Assembly (NCBI GenBank): GCA_036266715.1
Contig: DATAXS010000012.1
Coordinates: 1-44,916, forward strand
Origin: Minisyncoccota bacterium
Lineage (GTDB): Bacteria; Patescibacteriota; Minisyncoccia; UBA6257; 2-01-FULL-56-20
DNA: 44,916 nt
Direction of reading: 5' to 3'
A program made the position numbers and the translations under genes. The first letter of the stretch is position 1, and each line of letters opens with the position of its first letter. A model generated the notes under the pieces. That model was given only the letters and a program-made list of their open reading frames with translations, was not told the origin of the DNA and did not search any database. This document shows, one piece after another, positions 18,719 through 28,108 of the stretch.

Positions 18719-18995
18719 AAACGCGGCCGCACCCGTGTGGACCCAGCGGTGTTCGCACCCGCTTCTCCGTTTTGGCAAAAACAGAGTCCTATTCCATGAA
18801 CGATGGGCCCATCACACGGGCTTTCGTACCATAGCAAAGCGGCCATTAAAACTATTTAAAAATTTTTAGAATGGAGAAATATAAACGGAGATTTTTTGCC
18901 CAAGGGAATTGGACGCTGCTTTCATTTAGACAATACCCTTGTATGAGAAGAAGCCAAACATCTTTTAATCAAATTTTAATGAACCTAAAGTTAAG

Positions 18996-19143
18996 CTGAT
19001 TTCTGGTGCTTGTCTTTAAAGGGGCATTCTTCGCCGAACATGCATGGTCTCTGCATTCTTATGCAGAGATGTTCGGCGAAGCATGAGTGGCGTTCCCGCA
19101 GGAGGAACGCCACGTCCCCGTAAAGACAAGCACCAGAAATCAG
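18996..19143. other. 148-nt perfectly self-complementary three-way-junction element (ncRNA, MITE-like palindrome or cruciform)
   Basis: Outer 23-bp stem 18996-19018 / 19121-19143, extended by GGGG/CCCC. Arm 1: 13 bp (19029-19041 / 19069-19081) plus 8 bp (19049-19056 / 19061-19068). Arm 2: 10 bp (19087-19096 / 19104-19113). Confidence 0.6.
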
Positions 19144-19226
19144 GCATATTAGCAGTCTCGCCCGGAGATTGACAATGGGAACTTTTTGCCATAGCATTTC
19201 GTTATAATCAATAGAAAGACCACACC

Positions 19227-21911
19227 ATGCCAAACTTCCATCGTTTTACCATAAAAGCACAAGAAGCACTCCAGAACGCGCAGGACATTGCCGCAAAAAA
19301 GAATCACGGCGAACTGCGCGGCCTTCATCTTTTGGCGGCGCTCCTTACGGACGAGCAATCGCTTGTCGTACCGGTTTTGGAACGGTCCGGCGTGAACTTG
19401 GAGAAGCTTGATGAACAGATCGAGCAGGAATTGGACCGCATTCCGCCCATCCTTGCTTCCGGCGCGGTGGGCCAACTCTATCTTTCCCAAGAGCTCATGA
19501 AGATCTTGGACCAGGCGGCAAAGGTGGCGGCCCAGCAAAAGGATGAATTTGTTTCGTGCGAACATTTATTGCTCGCGTTGCTTGATGTGCAGGGCGGCGC
19601 CCGCTCGCTCCTGGAAAAGTTCGGCATGCGGCGCGAGAGCGCGTTCAGGATATTGGCGCAGCTCCGCGGTTCCTCGCGCGTGACGGACGAAACGCCCGAG
19701 AGCAAATTCCAGGTTTTGGAAAAATACGCGATCAATTTGAGCGAGAAGGCCAAAGCGGGCCAGCTTGATCCCGTGATCGGCCGCCAGGATGAATTGCGCC
19801 GCTTGATGCAGGTGCTTTCGCGCCGGACCAAGAACAATCCGTGTTTGATAGGCGAACCGGGCGTGGGGAAGACCGCCATCGTGGAAGGCCTTGCCCAGCG
19901 CATTGCCTCCGGCGACGTGCCGGAACCGCTCAAAGGGCGGCAGGTGTTGATGCTGGACCTCGGCTCGCTCATTGCGGGCACCAAGTTCCGCGGTGAATTT
20001 GAAGACCGCTTGAAGGCGTTCATGAAAGAAGTAAAGAACGCCGCGGGACAGATAATCCTTTTTATAGACGAGATACACACCATTGTGGGCGCGGGCGCTG
20101 CGGAAGGCGCAATAGACGCGTCCAACCTGCTTAAACCGGCCCTCGCGCGCGGCGAACTGCACGCCATAGGCGCCACGACCATCCGGGAATATCAGAAATA
20201 TATAGAGAAAGATGCCGCGCTGGAACGGCGCTTCCAGCCGATCATGGTTGAGGAACCGTCCATTGAAGATTCCATTTCCATTTTGCGCGGCCTCAAGGAA
20301 AAATATGAGATCCACCACGGCATGCGCATCAGCGACGAGGCAATCATTGAAGCCGTAAACCTTTCTGCACGCTACATTACCGACCGCTTTTTACCCGATA
20401 AAGCAGTGGACTTGATTGACGAAGCGGCTGCTGCGCGACGCTTGGAATCCGAGAGTTTGCCCAAAGAAATAGACACGGTACGCCGACAGCTCACGGGTCT
20501 TGAGATAGAAAAACAAGCGCTCATGAAGGAGGGTGCCGTGAAGACGAGTGCGCGCATGAAAGAGCTTGATGAGGCGATCGCAAAACTGAAAGAACAAAAC
20601 GACGAACTTTCCAGTAAGTGGCACTCGGAAAAAATAAAATTTGAAACACTGCACCAGCTCCGCCAGAAGGTGGAAAATTTGAAGCACGAAGCGGAGGTTG
20701 CGGAGCGCGAGGGCAATTTGGAGCGCGTGGCGCAGATCATGTACGGCGAATTGCCGCAGTCGGAAAAGGATTTCCAGATATTTGAAAAGAAGAATTTTGG
20801 CGGAGGCGCGGCGGGGGCAAAAGGAAAACGGACGCGCGCGACCGCGCGGGAAGGCGCTACGCATGATGCGGGAGGCGACCGTTTTCTCAAGGAAGCGGTA
20901 GACAAAGAAGACGTGGCGGCTGTGGTTTCCGTCTGGACCGGCATTCCTTTGAAGCGGATGTTGGAAACAGACTCAGAAAAACTCGTAAAAATTGAAGACG
21001 TGTTGCGCGGCCGCGTGGTCGGCCAGGAGCAGGCAATAGAAGCCGTTGCATCCGCCCTGCGCCGCTCGCGCGCGGGCTTGTCCGACGAAAACCGCCCCAT
21101 CGGCTCCTTTATGTTCCTCGGCCCCACCGGCGTCGGCAAAACCGAGCTCGCCCGCGCGCTCGCGGAATTCATGTTCAACGACGATAAAGCGCTTGTGCGC
21201 GTGGATATGTCCGAGTACATGGAGCGTCACGCGGTCTCCCGGCTTATCGGCTCACCCCCGGGCTACGTGGGCCACGAGGAAGGCGGCCAACTCACGGAGA
21301 CCATCCGTCACCGGCCGTACAGCCTTATCCTTTTTGATGAAATTGAGAAGGCGCACCCGGAGGTGTTCAATTTGCTTCTCCAAGTGCTGGACAATGGGCG
21401 GCTCACGGACAGCAAGGGGAAAACCGTGAACTTCAAGAATTCCATCATTATTATGACCTCCAACGTGGGCAGCCAGTACCTCAGGGCCATGTCCCGCATC
21501 GGGTTTAGCGCCCCGAGCGCCGAGGCATCGCCGGAAGAGGGGGATTACAGGGACAAGGTGACGGAAGCGCTCAAGCAGAGCTTCCGGCCCGAGTTTTTGA
21601 ACCGCATAGACGAGGTAGTCATTTTTAACCCGCTCCGCAGGCGTGACATTGAGAAGATTGTGGAGATTCAGATCAAGCTTATTGAAAAGCGCCTCAGCGA
21701 CCGGAACATCAAGCTGGAGATAGAGCCGGCGGCGCGGGAATACATCGCAAAAGAGGGGTTCAGCGCGGAATTCGGCGCACGTCCCTTGAAACGGCTCATG
21801 CAGAAAGTTATTCTTGATAAGCTGGCGGACAAAATAATCCGCGGCGAATTCAAGGATGGCGGAAAAGTTAAGGTCAATTTCAAAGCAGATTCACTGGTCT
21901 TTAGTTCTTAG
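19227..21911 (+). CDS. clpB: ATP-dependent chaperone ClpB
   Basis: Clp N domain, two AAA+ modules ([30 protein letters not shown]), coiled-coil M domain. 894 aa. Confidence 0.95.
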   Translation: MPNFHRFTIKAQEALQNAQDIAAKKNHGELRGLHLLAALLTDEQSLVVPVLERSGVNLEKLDEQIEQELDRIPPILASGAVGQLYLSQELMKILDQAAKVAAQQKDEFVSCEHLLLALLDVQGGARSLLEKFGMRRESAFRILAQLRGSSRVTDETPESKFQVLEKYAINLSEKAKAGQLDPVIGRQDELRRLMQVLSRRTKNNPCLIGEPGVGKTAIVEGLAQRIASGDVPEPLKGRQVLMLDLGSLIAGTKFRGEFEDRLKAFMKEVKNAAGQIILFIDEIHTIVGAGAAEGAIDASNLLKPALARGELHAIGATTIREYQKYIEKDAALERRFQPIMVEEPSIEDSISILRGLKEKYEIHHGMRISDEAIIEAVNLSARYITDRFLPDKAVDLIDEAAAARRLESESLPKEIDTVRRQLTGLEIEKQALMKEGAVKTSARMKELDEAIAKLKEQNDELSSKWHSEKIKFETLHQLRQKVENLKHEAEVAEREGNLERVAQIMYGELPQSEKDFQIFEKKNFGGGAAGAKGKRTRATAREGATHDAGGDRFLKEAVDKEDVAAVVSVWTGIPLKRMLETDSEKLVKIEDVLRGRVVGQEQAIEAVASALRRSRAGLSDENRPIGSFMFLGPTGVGKTELARALAEFMFNDDKALVRVDMSEYMERHAVSRLIGSPPGYVGHEEGGQLTETIRHRPYSLILFDEIEKAHPEVFNLLLQVLDNGRLTDSKGKTVNFKNSIIIMTSNVGSQYLRAMSRIGFSAPSAEASPEEGDYRDKVTEALKQSFRPEFLNRIDEVVIFNPLRRRDIEKIVEIQIKLIEKRLSDRNIKLEIEPAAREYIAKEGFSAEFGARPLKRLMQKVILDKLADKIIRGEFKDGGKVKVNFKADSLVFSS

Positions 21912-22566
21912 AGCGGCGGTTTTTGCCGTTGCCTGGTTTTTGCTGCCGTTCTGGCTGTTTTTCCTTATTGCGCTCTATCTCTACTTCGTTCCGCTCTTCC
22001 AGGCCGGCAAGCTTGCCGTGCCTTTTTTTGTCTTGCTCATCACTACCTACGTGCAGGCGCCTGACCCCCTCTTTATCATTGTCTTTGGCGCCGTGTTCTA
22101 TTTCCTTCTCCTTATAAAAGACCTGCTCCTCATTGACCGCCGCTCGGCGCACGAACTGCTCGTGCTCGTCCTTTCCTTCCTGCTCCTGCGGGATTTCTAC
22201 ATGGCGTTTCCACAAGGTATCAGCGGCGCGGCACTCTGGTACGCACTGTTTACGGCGATACTCGTGGCGCTCCTCGCGAGGAATCTGGTAAGAGGGGGTA
22301 CGGGTCAAGGCACCGACCTCGGCGGAGAACGCATGGCGCTTTGGCTTATTTTTTCCCTTGTCTGGCAGGCAACGATCGTGGGGCTCTTTTTGCCACTCGA
22401 CTTTGTGTATCAAATGCTCGCCGTTTTTCTCGTCGTCATCCTCGTGATAGACCTTATCCCGGATTATCTTTTTGGGACATTTGAAAGGACCAAGGCACTT
22501 ACCACGATAACCGTGGTTCTGATCCTTTTTGCCGTGATTTTGGGTTCGGCACAATGGGGGCTTTAG
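21856..22566 (+). CDS. Polytopic membrane protein (unknown function)
   Basis: Six or more hydrophobic helices. The only plausible start, ATG 21856, overlaps the clpB 3' end by 56 nt. Confidence 0.6.
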   Translation: MAEKLRSISKQIHWSLVLRAAVFAVAWFLLPFWLFFLIALYLYFVPLFQAGKLAVPFFVLLITTYVQAPDPLFIIVFGAVFYFLLLIKDLLLIDRRSAHELLVLVLSFLLLRDFYMAFPQGISGAALWYALFTAILVALLARNLVRGGTGQGTDLGGERMALWLIFSLVWQATIVGLFLPLDFVYQMLAVFLVVILVIDLIPDYLFGTFERTKALTTITVVLILFAVILGSAQWGL

Positions 22567-22605
22567 TGGGGGGGGCGAAAAATTTGCGGGTAAAGACGAG
22601 GGTCC

Positions 22606-22634
22606 TTGCCTTTGCCGGATTGCCGGATTATACT
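22606..22634 (+). promoter_or_regulatory. Promoter of the DeoR-like gene, spacer built from two TTGCCGGA octamers
   Basis: TTGCCT (22606-22611), 17 nt spacer = TTGCCGGA TTGCCGGA T, TATACT (22629-22634), 7 nt before ATG 22642. Confidence 0.6.
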
Positions 22635-22641
22635 CTGGCCT

Positions 22642-23424
22642 ATGCGGCAAAACGGCAATGGCAATCGGCAAGACAACCGGCAATCCGGCAAAACGGATCC
22701 GGCAATAATAAAGGCATATGAAATATGCTATGCCCTTTTCCGGATTGGGGCGAAGCTCCAGAACGCGGCCTTTGCCGAATCATTGGAGCGGCAAGCGCTT
22801 CGCTTGCTGAATGAGGCCATAGACGCCAACGGGGCAAAGATGCAGGATGCGGCAACGGCAATCGGCTATCTCGTGGGGTTCGGAGAGGGTATTGGATTCA
22901 TCCATCCAGGGAATGCGGAAACCATAAAAACCGAGCTCGGTGCTTTGAGCGAGCTTACGGTTTTGCCGGTTAGGACGGGATCCTCCGAAGAGGTGTCATT
23001 GGAGGATATTTTTTCTAAAAAACAGGAGCCGCTTTTTGGCGGTGGCGGCGCGGGCAAATCGGCAAGTGTCCCGGCAAACGGCAAAAGCCAATCCGGCAAT
23101 GCGGCAAAGAATAATAATGCGGCAAGCGGCAATTCGGCAATCCGGCAACCGGCAATGCGGCAAAACGAACCACCGGCTGATTTGCCGGAATTGAAATTTG
23201 ATAACGGCAACGGTGAATCCGGCAATGATAATCCGGCAATGCGGCAAACGGCAATTTTGGAGAAAATCAGGCAATCCGGCAATTGCCGATTAAAAGAGAT
23301 AGTTGAGCTTTTGCCGGATGCAAGCGAAAGGACCATCCGCTACGATCTGCAATCCCTCGTGGAGCAAAACTTGGTGGAGAGGGTGGGGAGTGGTGGCCCG
23401 ATGGTGTTCTACCGCCCCCGGTAG
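22642..23424 (+). CDS. DeoR-type HTH regulator with helical N-domain and low-complexity (N/G/Q/R/A) segments
   Basis: C-terminal RQTAILEKIRQSGNCRLKEIVELLPDASERTIRYDLQSLVEQNLVERVG resembles a DeoR/winged-helix HTH. Start moved to ATG 22642 behind the promoter. Confidence 0.7.
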   Translation: MRQNGNGNRQDNRQSGKTDPAIIKAYEICYALFRIGAKLQNAAFAESLERQALRLLNEAIDANGAKMQDAATAIGYLVGFGEGIGFIHPGNAETIKTELGALSELTVLPVRTGSSEEVSLEDIFSKKQEPLFGGGGAGKSASVPANGKSQSGNAAKNNNAASGNSAIRQPAMRQNEPPADLPELKFDNGNGESGNDNPAMRQTAILEKIRQSGNCRLKEIVELLPDASERTIRYDLQSLVEQNLVERVGSGGPMVFYRPR

Positions 23425-23783
23425 GGAAGGTTGCGCAAATAGGCATAAAAAGGTAACCTTTCCTACGTATTTGCGTTATAATACAAGCAAAGGTTAGAGG
23501 TCGGTGTGAGGCTGACCCCAATACCTTATTCACTAGTAAACCCGGCAATTTTGCCAGGTTTGGTTATTGGAAACAGCCTCGCCCAAAAGCGAGTTTTTTC
23601 TTTTTTATCCCCTCACATCCCCCTGATAACGATCCCGTTTTCTCCCTTCTTCCCGCTGTCGTCACCTCACAGCGATCGCGGATAAGGATGGAGAGGGCGG
23701 TTCCTAAAACAGTTTAAAAACTAAAAGGTCGACGGCCAAACGGTCGATATCTTCTAAAAATTGTCGAAAAATTAAATTAATAA

Positions 23784-26700
23784 ATGAATAGTAAAAAGTT
23801 AGTTTCGGTAGCTTTGACGGCGACCACCCTCGTGTGGGCGCTCGGCATCGCTGCCCTCCCCCTCGCGAACGCACAGTCAACGTCTGACCTTCAGGCTCAG
23901 ATCGCGGCTTTGCTCGCGCAGATCCAGCAACTGCAGTCGCAGCTTAACGCTTCGACGGGTAGCACGACCACTTCTTCAATGACGTACGATTTCACCACTG
24001 ACCTCACCATTGGTTCAACCGGCGCCGAAGTGACGCAGCTCCAACAGTTCTTGATCAGCGGAGGATACCTCACCGCGGTCTCGGCGCCGACCGGCTACTT
24101 CGGTACTCTTACCCAAGCGGCTGTGTCTGCGTTCCAGGCAGCGAACGGTATTACCCCGACTGCTGGATACTTTGGTCCTAAGACCAGGGCATTCATCAAC
24201 GCAATGAGCACGACGAGCACGGGCACTGGCACGACGACCGGCACAACCGGTACGACCGTTCCGGCGACTGGTCTCTCGGTCTCTGTTGCTTCCACAAACC
24301 CGGCGGCGGGTTCGCTCGTGACGTCGGCTTCCGGCAACACGGCAGCAGCTCGCATTCCGATTCTTGCGATAAGCCTTACGGCATCCAACTCGGGTGCAGT
24401 AACGGTCTCGCAGATAAACGTCCACAAGAATGGCGTTCTCTCAGATGCTTCAATCAACGGTGCGTACTTGATCCAAAACGGTCAGGTGCTCTACCAATAC
24501 AATTCGCTTAGCAGCGGCGTAATCTCTTTCTCCGGCATGAACCTTTCGGTTCCGGCTGGGCAAACGGTAACGCTCCAAGTTGCTATCGACCCTGCTCCGG
24601 GCCTTTCGCCTGGGAACACGGTGAGCTTCTCCGTGAACTCCGCTTCGGACATCACGGCGTTTGATGTGAACAACAATTCACTCACGCCGTCCGGTTCGTT
24701 CCCCTTGAACGGCAACACGTTCACGGCGACGACGGTCAGCAACCCGCCCGTTGCGGGCTTGACGATCCAATCTTCTTCCATCGCGACGCAGGTTACTGCG
24801 GGAACGCAGAACAACATCGTGTGGGCAGGAACCTTCAATGGTCAGAACAGTTTGACCTGGCTTGAAGGCCTCAACTTCACGGTCATCGGTTCTGCCAGCA
24901 ATGGCGACATCCGGAACGTGAAGCTCTTTGTAAACGGCACGCAGGTCGGACCGACCTTGGCGACCGTTTCGCAGAACGGCACGGCTTACTTCAACCTCGC
25001 TTCTGCTCCGGCATCGCTTAGCACCGGCAACAACAACGTGCAGGTGTACGCGGACGTCATGGGTTCACCGAACAAGAACTTCCAGTTCGAAATCTTGAAC
25101 TCCTACGACGTGAACGCGGTTGACTCGCAGTACAACGTACCGATTGCGGTAACGTTGGGCAGCGGCCTGAACAACCAGACCGCCTATGAGGTGATGATTC
25201 AGCAGGGTCAGATTACGGTATCGCAGGATTCCGGTACGCCCACGGGCAACATTGCCGTTGGCCAGTCTGGTGTCACGATAGCGAAGTTTGACGTCTATGC
25301 AGCTGGTGAGCCCGTCAAGGTCAAATTCCTTGGCTTCCAGTTGTCCCTCACTGGTGTTGCAACGAGTTCTGGTGCAACCAGCATAGGTTCCTTCGTGAAG
25401 AACATCGCATTGGTTGACGATGCGGGTGGCCAGGTGGGTAGTACCATCAACACGCCTCCGTCGAGCAACTCGTGTGATAACACGACGGGTCTATCAGGTT
25501 ACTCGACAACCAGCGCTGGCCAGAGCACTATCACGGCGAGCACTGTGAATTATGTTGATTGTTTCGGAACCTCTGGTTCACCGATCAACTACATCATTCC
25601 GGCGAACACGACCCGCGTCCTTTCGCTCAAGGCTGACATCCAGTCACTTCCGGCTGGTGCGACCTTCGGCTCGGTGGTGGGTAGTCTCTTGACTGAATCT
25701 GGCAACTTGCAGGGCATGATCTCAAACGCCCAGAGCAACAGCTCTGGCGCGCAGGGGAGCTCGCTTTCCTTGCAGTCCAGCTTGCTTGGCGTGACCGCCA
25801 ATTCGGCCTACGGTAGCCAAACCGTTACGCCGAACACTTCGGGCGCTCACATTGGTTCGTACGCCTTCACGGCTTCGTCCGCGAGTGGCGTAACGATCAA
25901 CACATTAAGCTTGAAGGTGTATCCGAACACCGTGAGCAACGCGGAAACGTCGGACATCCAGAACCTCAAGGTTATGGTAAACGGCGCGCAGTTCGGCAAC
26001 ACGTATGGCGTGGTACCCGACAATGGTACGTATTCCTTCTCTGGCACGGCCTTCACGGTCCCTGCCGGCGGTACGACCTATGTTGACGTGTACGGCGACA
26101 TTCTCTCGAGTGCGACGAGTTCAGCGTCCATTCCGACCTCACCTGCTGGTGCGACGCAGATAACTGGTTGCTCCGGTACGAGCATTGTTTCTTACGGCTC
26201 GGTATCGTGCACCGCGACGCCTGTCGGTCAGCAGTTGACGATTGCGACGCAAGGCAACACGCAGGTATCGATTGGTCTTGACTCTTCCGCTCCGGCGTCG
26301 AGCCAACTCGTAATGGGTTCCACTGGTAACACGTTGGCGGCATACCGCTTGTCGGAAACCTCCAACATCGAGCCGGTGAAAGTGACCGATCTCACGATCA
26401 GTCAGGTAACCTCTGCGACGACTTCGGCATACCAGAATGTGACGCTCTACAACGGCTCCACGGTGGTCGGTACATCCGGCTCCGCGTCCAGCACGGGTAC
26501 GGGCTTCACGTACACATTCCACTTCGCGACTCCGGTCATCATCCCGCAAGCGAATTCGCTTACGCTTAGCTTGAAGGGTGACATAGCGTCGTACAACTCC
26601 ATCGGTAGTACTGGAGTAGACGACACGACTTCCACCTTCAACTTGGCGACCTCGTCCATTACGGCGTTGGGCGCAAGTTCCAACTTCCCGGTGACGAATG

Positions 26701-27278
26701 TCTCCGGTGGCGCGACAGGTAACACCATGACGGTGCTCCGCACGACGCTCACCCCGAGTGCGACGGCCCTTGGCAACACCACGGGTCGTACGAAATCGGC
26801 GGTGGACAGTCTTGCAAACATCACCTTCACGGCAAACAGCGCAGGCTCTGCGATGTTGAAGAATTTGACTCTCAACTTCACGGGCAGCGCGGTTTCATCC
26901 TCCGCATTCGCGGCAGATGTAAACCTCCTCGACCAGAACAACCTGGATGTTGTCGCGAATGATAACGCGACGGTCACATCGACTTCGTGTTCTTCTACGG
27001 GTGCCTGTACGCTTATATGGACCTTCAACACGACCTCGACTCCGTTCGTGGTCTCCGGTGGTTCGTCCTATGTGTTCACGCTCCGCTTGAACGACACGGC
27101 GAATGGCGTTGGGGTAGCGACGGGCAACGCTTCGGTCAGCTTGGGTGTAACAATCCAGAACACGACGAGCACGCAGTACTATGACGCCGGCCAAGCAAGC
27201 GGCGCGAGTACGGTTAGCTTGCCGACGACGCTTGTTCCGCTCAACGTGAACTCGATCACGTTCGCTCAGAACTCCTAG
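23784..27278 (+). CDS. Giant secreted surface protein (1164 aa) with N-terminal coiled coil and peptidoglycan-binding domain
   Basis: Signal peptide ..PLANAQ, DLQAQIAALLAQIQQLQSQL coiled coil, PG_binding_1-like LTIGSTGAEVTQLQQFLISGGYL..GYFGPKTRAFI, then about 1000 aa of T/S/G/N/V-rich beta-type sequence. Confidence 0.85.
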   Translation: MNSKKLVSVALTATTLVWALGIAALPLANAQSTSDLQAQIAALLAQIQQLQSQLNASTGSTTTSSMTYDFTTDLTIGSTGAEVTQLQQFLISGGYLTAVSAPTGYFGTLTQAAVSAFQAANGITPTAGYFGPKTRAFINAMSTTSTGTGTTTGTTGTTVPATGLSVSVASTNPAAGSLVTSASGNTAAARIPILAISLTASNSGAVTVSQINVHKNGVLSDASINGAYLIQNGQVLYQYNSLSSGVISFSGMNLSVPAGQTVTLQVAIDPAPGLSPGNTVSFSVNSASDITAFDVNNNSLTPSGSFPLNGNTFTATTVSNPPVAGLTIQSSSIATQVTAGTQNNIVWAGTFNGQNSLTWLEGLNFTVIGSASNGDIRNVKLFVNGTQVGPTLATVSQNGTAYFNLASAPASLSTGNNNVQVYADVMGSPNKNFQFEILNSYDVNAVDSQYNVPIAVTLGSGLNNQTAYEVMIQQGQITVSQDSGTPTGNIAVGQSGVTIAKFDVYAAGEPVKVKFLGFQLSLTGVATSSGATSIGSFVKNIALVDDAGGQVGSTINTPPSSNSCDNTTGLSGYSTTSAGQSTITASTVNYVDCFGTSGSPINYIIPANTTRVLSLKADIQSLPAGATFGSVVGSLLTESGNLQGMISNAQSNSSGAQGSSLSLQSSLLGVTANSAYGSQTVTPNTSGAHIGSYAFTASSASGVTINTLSLKVYPNTVSNAETSDIQNLKVMVNGAQFGNTYGVVPDNGTYSFSGTAFTVPAGGTTYVDVYGDILSSATSSASIPTSPAGATQITGCSGTSIVSYGSVSCTATPVGQQLTIATQGNTQVSIGLDSSAPASSQLVMGSTGNTLAAYRLSETSNIEPVKVTDLTISQVTSATTSAYQNVTLYNGSTVVGTSGSASSTGTGFTYTFHFATPVIIPQANSLTLSLKGDIASYNSIGSTGVDDTTSTFNLATSSITALGASSNFPVTNVSGGATGNTMTVLRTTLTPSATALGNTTGRTKSAVDSLANITFTANSAGSAMLKNLTLNFTGSAVSSSAFAADVNLLDQNNLDVVANDNATVTSTSCSSTGACTLIWTFNTTSTPFVVSGGSSYVFTLRLNDTANGVGVATGNASVSLGVTIQNTTSTQYYDAGQASGASTVSLPTTLVPLNVNSITFAQNS

Positions 27279-27318
27279 TTCGACGCACTTTCTCTCCGCT
27301 TGTGACGGAGAAGAAATC

Positions 27319-27346
27319 AAAAGGCCCCCTTTATTGGGGGCCTTTT
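27319..27346 (+). terminator. Rho-independent terminator of the surface protein gene
   Basis: aaaaggccccc / tttatt / gggggcctttt perfect stem with a T-tail. Confidence 0.85.
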
Positions 27347-27420
27347 GCGTGGGAGGGAATTTGCGGCGGGGAACCGATTCCTTTTAACAATCTTTTAATG
27401 CAGGCGTGGTATGAAGGGGT

Positions 27421-27960
27421 ATGCCCGAAAGATCAGCAAGCTCATCGCCCGCGATCCCGCTCGAGATAATTGAGCAGCGAATTTACCTTATCCGCGGCCG
27501 GAAGGTCATATTGGATAGCGATCTGGCGGAACTCTATGGCGTTGAAACAAAAAATTTCAATAAAGCAGTGAAACGGAATCTCGGCCGTTTTCCTCAAGAT
27601 TTTATGTTTAAACTTACGCAAGGAGAGGCGGATAACTTGAGGTTCCAAATTGGAACCTCAAGTTGGGGCGGTAGACGATATCTGCCATACGTTTTCACGG
27701 AGCAAGGCGTGGCGATGCTCTCCAGCGTCCTTAAAAGCGAGCAAGCTATCAGGGTAAATATCGCTATTATGCGCGTCTTTGCCCGCCTGCGGGAACTTCT
27801 TGCGAGCCATGCCGAACTTCTGCGGCGGCTGGACGATCTTGAACGGGAGCAGAAGGAACAGGGCGGACAGATAGAGCTTATCTTCGGGGCGATTCGAAAA
27901 CTGATAGAGCAGCCGATGGAGGAGCTGCCGGATCGGGAGGAAAAGAAGTTCGGCTTTTGA
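27421..27960 (+). CDS. ORF6N (KilA-N-related) domain protein
   Basis: IYLIRGRKVILDSDLAELYGVETKNFNKAVKRNLGRFPQDFMFKLT..RYLPYVFTEQGVAMLSSVLKS matches the ORF6N family pattern. C-terminal coiled coil. Confidence 0.8.
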   Translation: MPERSASSSPAIPLEIIEQRIYLIRGRKVILDSDLAELYGVETKNFNKAVKRNLGRFPQDFMFKLTQGEADNLRFQIGTSSWGGRRYLPYVFTEQGVAMLSSVLKSEQAIRVNIAIMRVFARLRELLASHAELLRRLDDLEREQKEQGGQIELIFGAIRKLIEQPMEELPDREEKKFGF

Positions 27961-28108
27961 CATCGCAAATTGCGATACCAAACGGGGTGATCAGAATTAG
28001 CCTCAACGTGAGGCCAGTTGACCCCCTTGTCGCCAAATACCCCTTATTTTGCTATACTTATGGGGAACTCAAATCACCAAAGGTCGGGAAATCAAAGGAT
28101 AATGCTCA

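Noticed and set aside
18871-18999. 42-codon basic ORF (MEKYKRRFFAQGNW..) in the htrA-clpB spacer, ending at the start of the palindromic element
   Set aside because: The ATG overlaps the only nearby -10-like box (TAGAAT). There is no SD sequence and the composition is AT-rich. It cannot be supported without conservation or expression data.
18991-19233. 80-aa minus-strand ORF spanning the three-way-junction element and the clpB promoter
   Set aside because: Its coding potential comes from the palindrome itself. It overlaps the clpB start and promoter and has no supporting signals.
22866-23336. Minus-strand ORFs with repeated CRIAG / LPDC peptides
   Set aside because: These are a by-product of translating the TTGCCG/CGGCAA hexamer swarm on the opposite strand. 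The plus-strand ORF ends in a credible DeoR-type HTH and has a promoter.
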